A DNA stretch of 64,000 bases, from the NCBI GenBank assembly GCA_973895155.1, contig OZ316891.1, positions 25,915,899-25,979,898 on the forward strand. Reading direction: 5' to 3'. The notes under the pieces were generated by a model, which was not told the DNA's origin, searched no databases, and saw only the letters and a program-made list of their open reading frames with translations. Shown here piece after piece: positions 36,601-47,855 of the stretch. Position numbers and translations under genes: made by a program. The stretch's first letter is position 1. Each line of letters begins with the position of its first letter. Source of the stretch: Marsupella aquatica (taxonomy: Eukaryota > Plantae > Marchantiophyta).

Positions 36601-38611
36601 GATCAAACCAATGAGCCACAGCGCTTCACGTTTCTTCCACTAAGTCGGATGTAACGAAGAGAAACCCGGTTCAGATGGGAAAAAGCTCCATAGCTTGTGA
36701 AAAAACCTGAATGCCTTTGTCACTCGTCACGTCTCACTCGGTAGCAACTTGGCAGCAATCCAGCTACCGAAATGACCAGCTCACTTCAACCTTCAACTTG
36801 AGCTATAATGTGCAATCCCTCCCGCACCGCACAGCTCACACCATTGAAAAATGCAAACTCTGGTCTCTCCCCCGACATACCGTCAAACACGAATAAACCC
36901 TGAACGACGCAAACTTTGATTCCTCCGCACCACTGATACCAATAAGCAAGTTCTAACCACCGTTAGAAAACCCTCTCACTAACCTATCCGCTCAGCCACA
37001 CACATTTGAGTTTCATGCCACGAAACTTTGAATGTACCATCGACAATGAACGCTGGAAAAAACTTATCATGAAAAAACCTCGTCACCTCCCAGGTATGCT
37101 CTGATACCACTTGTTGAGCATAGATGACATTCGCAACGGCAAGCCCATGAACCATCCAACACACAATAGTCGACACAGAGAGATACGTGGTTCACCTCCA
37201 CATGAGGCTACGTCCACGGGAACACATAAGAGCATTACTGCACTCTAGGCTGACCGGCCATACCAAGCATCCACAACACAAGCTCTCCCTATCTCTCAAC
37301 TAGCTTCGTAACAATGAGCCTAAGTTCCACCAGGGTTTGGCATCAGCCTTGGCTATATGCACAACAGCACTACCGCTAACATTAGCTAAGTCCTAACCCG
37401 AGTTAGACTAACTGTGGTTAGCTCATGAGTCACAAGACTAGAGTAATATCTAACAGGGGGAGATGGTCGACGGGGCCGGGAGGGGGTACAGGGCGTGTAT
37501 GTATACACACCTTGTATGTGTATACACACACAATGGACGGTCCCCTATAAACCAAAATTTGTGCTTAAAAAAAAATTGCTCGGGTTACACACCTTGCGCT
37601 GCCGTTTCAAACGAGAAAACTATGAGTTACCGATGGGATATGTTGCCAAATCACACCGACGCCGTCTGCAACTCTAGCATTGTATAAGCTTCCACCACGT
37701 TCCCTTCACACCGCGTCAAGTGCCAATCCCGGGCTCAAAACGACCGCCTCACCGTGATCAAACTGTTGAGCGCCGTAGCACTTTGCGTTTCTTCCACTGA
37801 GTCGGACGTCACGAAGAGAAACCCGGTTTAGATGAAAACAAGCTCCATAGCTTGTGAAAAAACCTGAACTCCCCCTTCTCTCGTCACGACGCACTCGGTA
37901 AGAACTCGACAGCAAATCAACTACTGAAACGACCAGCTCGCTTCAACCTTCAACTTGAGCTACAACATGTGACACCTCCCGCACCGCACAGCTCACACCG
38001 TTGAAAATGCAAACTCTGGTCTCTCCCCCAAAAAACCGTCAAACACGAATAAACCCTGAACGACGCAAACTTTAAATCCTTCACACCACGGATACCGATC
38101 AGCGAGTTCTAACCACCGTTAGAAAGCCCTCTGACTAACCTATCCGCTCAGCCACACACATTCAAGTTTCATGCGACGAAACTCCAAATGTACCACCAAA
38201 AATGAACGTTGGAAAAAACCTGTCATGAAAAAATCTCGTCACCTCCCAGGCATGCTCTGATACCACTTGTTGAGCATAGACAACATTTGCAACTGCAAGC
38301 CCATGAACCATCCAATGCACAAGAGTCGACACAGAGAGATACGTGGTTCACCTCCACATGAGGCTACATCCACGGGAACACACAAGAGCTTTACTGCACT
38401 CTAGGCCGACCGGCCATACCAAGCATCCACAGCACAAGCTCTCCCTATCTCTCAACTAGCTCCGTAACAATGAGCCTAAGTTCCACCAAGGTATGGTATC
38501 AGCCCTGGCTTGATACACAACAGCACTACCGCTAACATTAGCTAAGTCCTAACCCGAGTTAGCCTAATTGTGGTTAGCTCATGAGTCACAAGACTAGAGC
38601 AATATCTAACA
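33615..38611 (-). mobile_element. Ty1/copia (Tork/Tnt1-like) retrotransposon with three LTRs and RT/RNaseH deleted
   Basis: LTRs at 38268-38611, 37112-37455 (both 344 bp) and truncated 33615-~33865. tRNA-iMet PBS (TGGTATCAGAGC) next to the two full LTRs. Flanks ATATT/ATATC form a 4/5 TSD. Confidence 0.92.
33966..36347 (-). pseudogene. Degenerate copia gag-protease-integrase
   Basis: FEVEKYDGR..YLLW (gag), CWNCGKSGH zinc knuckle, WILDSACTFH (protease), LWHFRLGHMS...CEHC...HSDVWGP (integrase), with stops and frameshifts. Confidence 0.9.
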
Positions 38612-38740
38612 ATATCTGGACAAATATCTCTTTACCACCCTCCTATGTGGTTTACCCTGCTTGTCACCTTGGAGCTTTACCAGGCTTTTCAGTTTACTTA
38701 TCACTTGGGTCCTTTCTGATTATCTAACGGAAATTGGAAT

Positions 38741-39018
38741 CTCGGGGGTCTCATAGTATGGGGGCCCCATCACTTGCGACGTTTTTAGGCTTTAGACCCC
38801 CTAAAATGTAGGATTTGTAATTTTTTTCCCTATAATGTTGGAATATTCTAAAATTTGATTAACTAAAGACCCTAATGGACTAATAAGTCTCATCATTTGA
38901 TTTAAAAGACCCTATTATTCTTCTGACAAAATTCATAAGTCTTCTCTTAGAACCAACAAAATGACCCTATCATTCGTCGCACTTGATGTGCCATTTTTGT
39001 GTAAATGAAACCCCCAAG
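38741..39018 (-). mobile_element. Older copy of the CTCGGG-type MITE with 8-bp TSD
   Basis: Ends CTCGGGGGTCTCA...TGAAACCCCCAAG. Flanks ATTGGAAT and ACTGGAAT. Confidence 0.8.
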
Positions 39019-40769
39019 ACTGGAATCTATCTTTGGCATAATCTAGTTAATGCCTGGGAAACAATATGTAGGTAGTTTTCAGTTGCTCTAGACTATTGTA
39101 GGAGACGCTTGAAATTAATCCATAATGTCACTGTAAAGGCTACTAAAAACTAAAAATCTTTCACACAATTGGATGAAAAAAGTTTACACCCTGTCCTGGT
39201 GGCCAAAAGCAAGCAAATTTTCTGTAAGGAATGGTCCTCACTTATTTTCTGTCCACCTATCACTCACAAATAAGTGTAATTTTTTTATTGCGTTCAGTGA
39301 AAGACTTATAAATATTTGAGGAAGAGCATTAGGGCTATTTACATCAAATTTTGAAAATTATAAGGAAAGACAAGGTTCTTAAAACTAATGAGGGAATGTT
39401 CCTAGAATATTGAAAAATTAAGGGGTAGGAAGGAGTGGATTTAAGGGTGCTTAGTACCCACACCTCAAGTAGTATGATACCTTTCTTGGAATCAACAAGG
39501 CCCCTATTTAAGATGTAAAAGATAAGGCTTTAAAACACCCCAACAAATCTACAAAGAAGGTCAACTGGTGGCCCATTCACTTCCTTGGAAGCTACAACTA
39601 TCATGATTTTCTTGACACATTGATCTCAAACGTCAGATCTTCCTAGGTTTAAGGAGGCCATAAATTTGGCAATTAACACAATTGGCCAAATAAGTTTTTG
39701 GCAAATATAGTCACACCTTATGATTGAGTTTTTCTTTGTGTGTACAGGAGTAGCAGCCAACCAATATTTCAGGTGAGAATTGGGGGAAAACTTGGCAAAA
39801 AAGGCTCCATAGGGTGTGCCTGCCATGCCTGTCAAAATATTGTGGATAAAGCATGATTGTAGGCCTGCTCAGAGGTGCTTTTCTAGAGAAATTAAATTTT
39901 GGGGGGACAATGCCTTGTTGAGAAAACATCTACCAGAGTCATATAATAGTCCATGCTGCCACAATGGAGGGAAACACTTGGTTATCTTGTCTTACTAGAA
40001 GTGCTTGTTACATAATTTTATGTTAATCTGGTCTATCCTATGCTTTTACTTTGTAATTTGTTCAATTTAATAACTTCTTCCAACCTCTTTAATTTTTTCA
40101 ATTCCTTAGTTTCCATTAAATTTTATTAGATATGCTAGAACTCCTATTAATACTTCTATTGCAATACCTTATCTTATTCCTTTAATCTCAATTATGATTT
40201 ATTTATGTTATCAACTCTCCAAACTTAACCAGGCAACCTACTAGGACACAATCCAACAATGCAATGTACCTTGTATGTCTATTGTTTAAAAAAATTCTAT
40301 GGTTTATATGTCAATAGGTGTCAATAAAACAAGGCCCCTACCCCTCAGGGGCCTCAATCCAAGGGTTGTCCCATATCACGGTGCGAAGATTTGGGAAATA
40401 CACACATTAAAATTTAAGTCAAGAAAGTTTTTTTTAGGAATTGTTTTACCCTTAACTCAATGAAATATTCCAAATTTGATTTGAAAACTCTATGATTCTT
40501 ATAATTCTTAAAATTAGATTAAAATAACCCTAATGTTCTTCAACAAAATTTAAAAGTCTTCAACTAAGCCCAATAAAAAATCCTACACTTATTTGTGCCT
40601 GATGGGTTGGAAGAAAATAAATAAAGACCCCTACCCTACCTAAATAGACAGCCTCTCAAAAAGGGAACCTAAACTTAGAAAGGTACAAAGTTAACTTACT
40701 TCCCTTTACTGGAAGAAAATGCAATACACTCGCTATACCAAATAAAACACAATACACTTTTGAATAGTA

Positions 40770-40868
40770 TAATGTCCTAGTTAGAGGCATTATGAGATAT
40801 AATGCCCTCCAAAACGAGGGTGGCTGTCCAAGTTTTGAGGGCACATAATGCCAGTAACTAGGACATTA
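40770..40868. repeat. ~100-bp fold-back hairpin
   Basis: Nested pairs TAATGTCCTAGTTA/TAACTAGGACATTA, GGCATTATG/CATAATGCC and TGCCCTC(C)AAAAC/GTTTTGAGGGCA. Confidence 0.8.
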
Positions 40869-40986
40869 ATGTGCAAAACAACTTGAGTGATTTTTGGGTA
40901 ACAAATAGAAAAACCAAGCAAAAGGGCCTGCAATTGGCCAAAGGCATGAAAGAAGTTAAAAACAAATCTTGTGATTTTGATACAAG

Positions 40987-41169
40987 TTATTATGTTATTT
41001 TATTTGGTAACACTATATTTGGGTTTTACCTTTCCTATTTTTGTGATACTTCACATAATACCCTCCTCAAAAAAAATGAATCTTTATTATGTTATTTTAT
41101 TTGGTAACATTATATTTGGGTTTTACCTTTCCTATTTTTGTGATATTTCACATAATGCCCTCCTCAAAA
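40987..41169. repeat. 97-bp tandem duplication
   Basis: TTATTATGTTATTTTATTTGGTAACA...CCCTCCTCAAAA at 40987 and 41084. Confidence 0.85.
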
Positions 41170-42782
41170 GAAGAGAGTCCGTATGGGAAATTTATAGCAC
41201 TCAAAAATACAAATAGAAAAATCACAAAAGTCTTTACCAGTGAAAGAAAAATACATTAACTTAGAGTGTACTTTACGGGTATAATAGTTTCTAGGTGAAA
41301 TAGAAGTACACCAACTTGAATTATGCATCTTCCTGACTTCCATTGTATGCCTGGGTCTCTCTATTCAAATGATATCTATTGATGTAAAACCTATAATTAT
41401 TTTAAACAATGAACATAACATAATAACATGGATGGATTTTATTATGTCACTGTTGATGGTGTATATTAGTGGGGTGCCAACGAGGGTCTATTGTCTTGAG
41501 AGGGTCTGTGTACAATAGACTACTAGGGGATAAGTGGTAAGTGTGCATATTATACAATATATTAATAAGTCAATAAATAAATAAAATAATGTATTTCTTA
41601 TGAAGGTCCTACAAGTCCTACTGGCCTTACTTTATTACATAGAAAGAATATATATGAAAGTAACATGGGTGGGAGGTTTATGATCATGTGGAGAATTAAG
41701 CGAATGTAGATTTCTTTAGCTAGGTTTTAGGGTTTAGGTTTAGGCTTATTTTTTTATTTTCATTTTCTACTCATTATTTATGTTTTCCTATCCTTTAGTG
41801 TTGGAGGGATGGGGTGGAGTTATCTTTTCCTTTTAGGGTTGGGTCAAATTCATGGTGCCAAAGAGAATCCTTACTCTCCCGCCCTTGCATTCTTTTTTAA
41901 GATGCACAGTTGACTTATCTTTTTCCATTTGTGCGCGCACACAAATTGTAGTGGCAAGGTGACTCAACCTTCCATAATGCTTCATTTTAGCCCTCATTTA
42001 AACTCTACTGCTCTGACTTTGTTTGTATTTTATTTTCTTTGCAGGCCCAACACACTCTTGGGTTGCATGGAGTTTAAATTCATTTTTGCTCCAATAGATT
42101 TCATTTGCCTTCCCTGTAGATTAACTTTCTTTGCAACCTATATATTGGCACCACACGCTGTTTGGCCCACAACATAATGTTTCTTGTCGACCAAAGCATT
42201 TCACATTGACATTACCTTGCATGCACCCGATTTAGGTGGTTTGTTGTCCTCATTCATGAAGGAGAGTGGGAGGGGTGGGAGTGGGATAGATAGAAGGACT
42301 GTGGGGAAAGGGAAATAAAAAGAAGACCCATAGTCTTGGGCCTCTCTACCTTGCCTTGCCCTCTCCCACTGCCCCTGTCACATAGGAGGGGGAGGAGAGA
42401 AGCAACAGGGAGGGAGAGGAGGAAAAACTAAGTGTTGGAAGATCCTGCTTGGGCCCCATAGGTGCCATTGCCTTTCTTGCACACCCGTGCACTTCCCCAA
42501 GCCCTTGTCATCCCAAACAATATCACTATGCCAAACACCAACGTCAACCAAAACAACACTTGTGCAATTATAACATGACTACATGATAGCTGAATTAAAT
42601 AACAACACTTCTGCAACAATCAAGTGGCTGCAAAGACAACCCAATTGAGATGACAATATTGATCTGATGACAATTGACTGATCACAACACAACTGCAGTG
42701 ACAACACAACATAGTCACGTGCAATATCAATTATGCAATCATTGGCACCCGCATTGGTATAGGGTGAAGTTTGACATAGTGT

Positions 42783-43057
42783 CTCGGGGTTTCACTTCCA
42801 CAAAAATGACACATCACATGTGACATATTGAGGATATGGTTGTTTTATTTGTTCTAAGGTCTGGAAGACTAATAAGAACAATAGGGTCCGTCTTTTAAAT
42901 CCAAGTTTGAGACTTAATTATAACCGGGCTTATGAGAACAGTACTGACTTTTTAATTAAAATAAACTTTATAAGGGTTAAATAATAATTATTTTCTTGCA
43001 GTTTAGGGGGTCAGAGACCTTAGAACGTTGCAGGTGATGGGGAGGCCTCCATATAGG
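42783..43057 (+). mobile_element. Decayed CTCGGG-type MITE copy with eroded right end
   Basis: CTCGGGGTTTCACTTCCAC...ACATCAC start and TTAGGGGGTCA...CCTCCATATAG end are collinear with 23691-24018. Confidence 0.7.
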
Positions 43058-43318
43058 AATCAAAAGTTCACCTTCCTTCTGAGACTCTTTTCTTTCTCAA
43101 TGATTTTCCACACAATATCTTTTGTACAAAGGCATCTTACACATCACATTTTGCGTCTAAACATCTTTTCTCAAACAACATCTTTCATGCTTGCAACTAC
43201 TTCTGTTTTGCTTACATGTTTTACGCAATTAGAAAGAGTTGCAGAAGCATTTGTAACATAGCAAAACTCATGGCACGCAAGTCTACCAAGCTAACAATGT
43301 CTAAGTCCTTCTTACCTT

Positions 43319-43732
43319 AACCAACTGTCTTTGGTCAGTAATTGGCCAGGGATTAGCCTATAATCCAGAGGTCCTAGGTTCAATCCTCCCTCCACAAGGA
43401 GGAGCTGTGGAGGGGTGGGAGTCTTGGTTCGTCTTACCTGAACCAACTGGCTTTGGTCAGTAATTGGCCAGGGATTAGCCTATAACCCAGGGGTCCCAGG
43501 TTCAAATCTCCCTCCACATGGAGGAGCTGTGGAGGGGTGGGAGTCTTGGTTCCTCCTCAACCCCTAGCTAGTCCGCTTTAATTGGGGCTCTGGTTCAACC
43601 CCTCTCTCCCTCCTCCTGGTCTGGGTCACTATGGAATCCCTAGGTATGACCCCCTTGACCCCCTTTTGGGCTACCCTTGAGAGCCGTTTATCCTATGTTG
43701 GATGGGCCAGCTTTCGGTTTCAATGCAAAAAG
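43319..43732 (+). mobile_element. tRNA-derived SINE with duplicated 122-bp head
   Basis: A-box-like TGGTCAGTAATTGG and B-box-like GGTTCAATCC/GGTTCAAATC. A-rich tail. 16-bp TSD AAGTCCTTCTTACCTT / AAGCCCTTCTTGCCTT. Confidence 0.78.
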
Positions 43733-44253
43733 AAGCCCTTCTTGCCTTCACGTTGTGCAATCCTATATTGTCAAACCAACTATCCATGATTGATGTTGTG
43801 CAATCCTATATTGCCAAACCAATCTATCCATGATTGATGTCGTCTCTACCGGCCATGAAGGACGATCTCGTCCTTCACACTCTCGAGTTTTGGTTTTGCT
43901 GTAAAAAATTCACCCTTGGAACGAACCTCTAGCCGAGCGAGCCAATGCCAATGACGTAAGATTATGCACCAGTCCTTCACTGAAATGGGAGACATGGCTT
44001 GTAGCACATCTTGAACTCGAATGACGCGAGTCCACTCGCAAATGACTTGCACTGGAAATCGATCGTGGCTTGCCATCCCTTGGCGGACTTCCAATTCATT
44101 TGACTTTCCTGGGAAGAATTATGGGTCTATAGCTTCTGCCCATAGTTGTGGCGAAGCAATTACTACTATATATACCTCTATGGAACCTCACTCTCTATCC
44201 AAATCTTTGCTGTCAAGCGCGTTTCTTGATATTAATTCTTTCCATTTCTTGCC

Positions 44254-44808
44254 ATGAATTCTCGTAGAAAGAATCCGATGGTGACGACCGTGGTTGCGGT
44301 AGCTCTACTAAGCGCTGCAGGCTTGTTAGCCATCGGCAATTGTACTCCAACAACAGTTTCATTCACTTCCTTCTTGCATGACAATCTCCTGACTTTATCA
44401 AAAAGCAGCGCCGATGTTGTGGCACTACCCCAGGTCTTGGCACCCGCGAATAGCTTCTATGGAGCGCTGGTCGTCTTCGACGATTCGATGACCACGTCTC
44501 CAGATCCAAGCTCTCAGGAAATTGGGAGAGGCCGTGGGCTGTACCTGTTTGATGCGAAAGACACGGCCGGTCCTGCCATAGAGTTCGTGTGGACGGCAGT
44601 GTTCAACGCAGCCAGCACGTATGGCAACGGAAGCACATTGAGCTTCCAAGGATTTGAAAGAACCACCGACTCGACGAGGGAGATAAGTATTGTAGGGGGC
44701 ACTGGTAAGTTCCGCAATGCTCGAGGGTGGGCTGTTATCACCACCCACAGCCTTGTCGGAGCCGCTGCAATCCTGAACATCACCATTACTATTACTATAG
44801 GTTCCTAG
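44254..44808 (+). CDS. Dirigent protein (secreted, intronless)
   Basis: Signal peptide. Motifs FLHD, YGALVVFDDSMT, IGRGRGLY, GSTLSFQG, REISIVGGTGKFRNARGWA. TATATA upstream at ~44167. Confidence 0.93.
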   Translation: MNSRRKNPMVTTVVAVALLSAAGLLAIGNCTPTTVSFTSFLHDNLLTLSKSSADVVALPQVLAPANSFYGALVVFDDSMTTSPDPSSQEIGRGRGLYLFDAKDTAGPAIEFVWTAVFNAASTYGNGSTLSFQGFERTTDSTREISIVGGTGKFRNARGWAVITTHSLVGAAAILNITITITIGS

Positions 44809-46148
44809 ACGAGATGATCAGAAATAAAAACAGCTAGGGCGGTAGATTCGAGCATTACTGCTAAGGCAGCCAGGTATTTGGACTGTGTAGACGAGATGAT
44901 CAGAAATAAAAACAGCTAGCCAGGGCAGTAGATTCAGAGCATTGCTCCGAAGGCAGCCAGGTCCCAGGACCTTCGTTGCTCAGTAGTTTGTCTTTTAATC
45001 TGCTAGGGAGAGCTAGCTGCACGTGCGGATGCATTTTCAAGAGATGAGGAAGGTACAGATATTGGACGCTAGCCTCTGAACTTCTGAAGGCTCAACCTCT
45101 ACTGTAGAAGACGAGCTAGAGTAGATGGCCTTTCAATTTGTTGTGTGTCGGATGGATATGACAATGATTTCCGAAGCTTTTACTCGCCTGTATATCCATT
45201 GCAACAGCGTCTCGGCCCCAAAATTGTATGTGAACTTGGAACCGTAAAGGACTGTCACTTTGTCTTAATTTATTCTTGCCTAATTTCTTTCCTTCCTAGA
45301 TCAGTGCCTTGACTTTAGGTTGTTTGCCTCATAGATTTAGTGTTATGTCAAAAAATACTCATTGTGTTACGTAGATTTAGCTGATTCACTTTGTCCCGTG
45401 ACCTCTATTTATGCACCACGGACGCGCGCTTGTATCTTTCTCTTCATTAATTAATTCCACTCGATCAACAGATTTCTGAACATTCTCGAGGTTGGTTGTC
45501 GGTGACTTTTCACCCGAGCGCTCAGCGAAGATTGTGTAGTAGGCCTCGCTTAGTCGCTTGTATCTTTCCCTTGATGAATATATATTCCTGGCTGGATGGA
45601 TGTCCACGCATGCTACTAAGTCGACTTGAATTGGAAGTCGTGGCTTGCCATTTGCCATTATTTTACTGGCGGACTTTATATCAGTACTATCATCGTCTGA
45701 CGTGATTGACTTTATGGGGAACAAGGGTGACACACCTCTTCTGGCGCCTTCCCTGCGAGCCCAGAATTTTCGTTTGTAATCTAGATCACCTGTAGCTAGC
45801 TAGAGCGACACTCCAAGGAACAGAAGCGCAAGACATTTTGTTGCTGGGAAAAAAATCCTGTGGAGAACATTGCATGTTCTGATATTAACTGTTTTAGAAA
45901 ATCCGAACAGAACGCAAAGCACTGTAGAGTCCTTTTTCCTGTCAGGAATCTATCCAAATGAAAGATCCTAGGACTCAAAGTCCCCTGCCATTCAATTGGG
46001 AGAACAGCCTCTACGTAGTGCTATACCTGTACATACGAGGCGCCCATCCCGCCAGACCAACTTTCAAAAATCTTTGCTGCCAATTCATCAAACGAGGTTC
46101 AGATTCCAGCTGGCCCGTTGTTTGATCACTCCATTCAGATTGCAATAG

Positions 46149-46460
46149 ATGCGCTTAATTACGAAGTATGCGATGGTGACGGTGGTTGCGGTGACCCTTC
46201 TTGCAGCTGGCTTTGTAGCCATCGGCATTAATTGTGCTCCGACAACAGTTTCATGGGCAGTTTCATTCACATGCTTCTTGCGGGACACCGCCATATCCAC
46301 CAGCGCCGATACTTAGCTTCTACTCACGCTGACTGGACCCCCGGATATATTGCTTCTATGGATTGTTGATCGTCGTCGATGTATCGATTACCACGTCTCC
46401 GATCCAAACTGTCTAGAAATTGGCAGAGGCCGTGGGGTGTACCTGTATGATGCAAAAGGT
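46149..46460 (+). pseudogene. Truncated, frameshifted dirigent paralog
   Basis: Collinear DNA similarity to 44254-44560 (ATGGTGACG..GTGGTTGCGGT, CCATCGGCA, ACAGTTTCA, GAAATTGG.AGAGGCCGTGGG.TGTACCTGT.TGATGC) with no intact ORF. Confidence 0.8.
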
Positions 46461-47855
46461 AACGCTAAACTGGTTGACTATGCAGCACGCATGATGCAAG
46501 TATGACACTGAAATCTCAGTGAATGATAATCTAACGATTTCATCATAACATTTCAACTACTTTAAACACGACCATCACCACTGCTAACGACCCACACCCA
46601 GATGTTCAGACTTGGACTTGTGAGACGACTACCAGACCAGACTACCAGACCCACCTTTCAGCACAGTATGAATAGGTGTCAACTACGAATGTTCAAGTTC
46701 AATCTGAGAAAATTAAGGCTGGTAGAAGCGGAGTCTAGAGATTAAAAGGACCGTGATCACTGCTCCCCAGCAGAACCCTCGACTTAATGAGCTTTCTGTA
46801 ATGTGTCACCGCCTCTGAAATACGAAGTACTTCATGATCTGAGTTACTTCTGTAGCTCTATGATAATTTAACGATTACAAAGCCCACAATCAGGAACATG
46901 AATGAAACTTTTCGGTTGTACGAATCGTACATCTCTTATATCGCCTGTGTCCACGTCAGGCTGGGAGCTCGATCAGCAACTTCTTCATCCTAGGAAGGAA
47001 TGCCCTGCTGGTAATCACACATCAAAATGTGGCTGCATTCATTGATTGAAAGAAAAAGCTGCATTCATTGATTGAAAGAAAAAACCTAGGGTTATCATAG
47101 TATGCAGGGGTGTCGTACATAGTATATGCCATATTTTGATGTGCAGTTACCGAGACATTCTAGCAACGTACATTTGAATTGGAAGCTGCCCCTGGAGCTT
47201 CGATCGATCTCACCACTGTAGAGATTCACATTGAAGTTAACAGAGCATTTGCACGGACCTAAAGCACTTTAACTTCCAAGCACGATGGAATACCACGGTC
47301 GACGACAGCGACATCAGAAAATATTTCTTGACAAGAAAAATAGGAATCATGGAGGGACGGGGAATAATTATTAGTAGGTGCCGCATGATCTTCCTACAAT
47401 AAGGTTTAGTGCATTGACATACGCTCCAGTTTCTTCCCACTACTATAATTAACTATGTACGAATGAGCCCCTTCATTTGAATCATGGCTAAATTCTGCAC
47501 GTTTTTTGTCTGAGTGACCATCTTTCGCTATGTAGTTCGTTGATGCTTATCCCCGATGGGTTCCTATTATAATTTCTTGCTCCCAGGAATCATTCGGGAA
47601 TTAAAAGACTGCTTACTCTGGCAATCACAGTAGTTGTAGAAAAGATCCTCTCTGCAAATTCTCGTCGTCACGGCTAATGGCCATAAACTGGATGCCACTG
47701 GCACGCATCCGGGAGGTGACGATCACGGATGTGAGGATTTGTGGAATCGTCTAACAAAGTCTGAAATCGTATGCAAAGAGGCGTTCCAAAAGACCTGTCT
47801 CGATCGATAGAGTGATTGAACCGTTCTTAGATGTCGATGGACATCATTAGATTCA

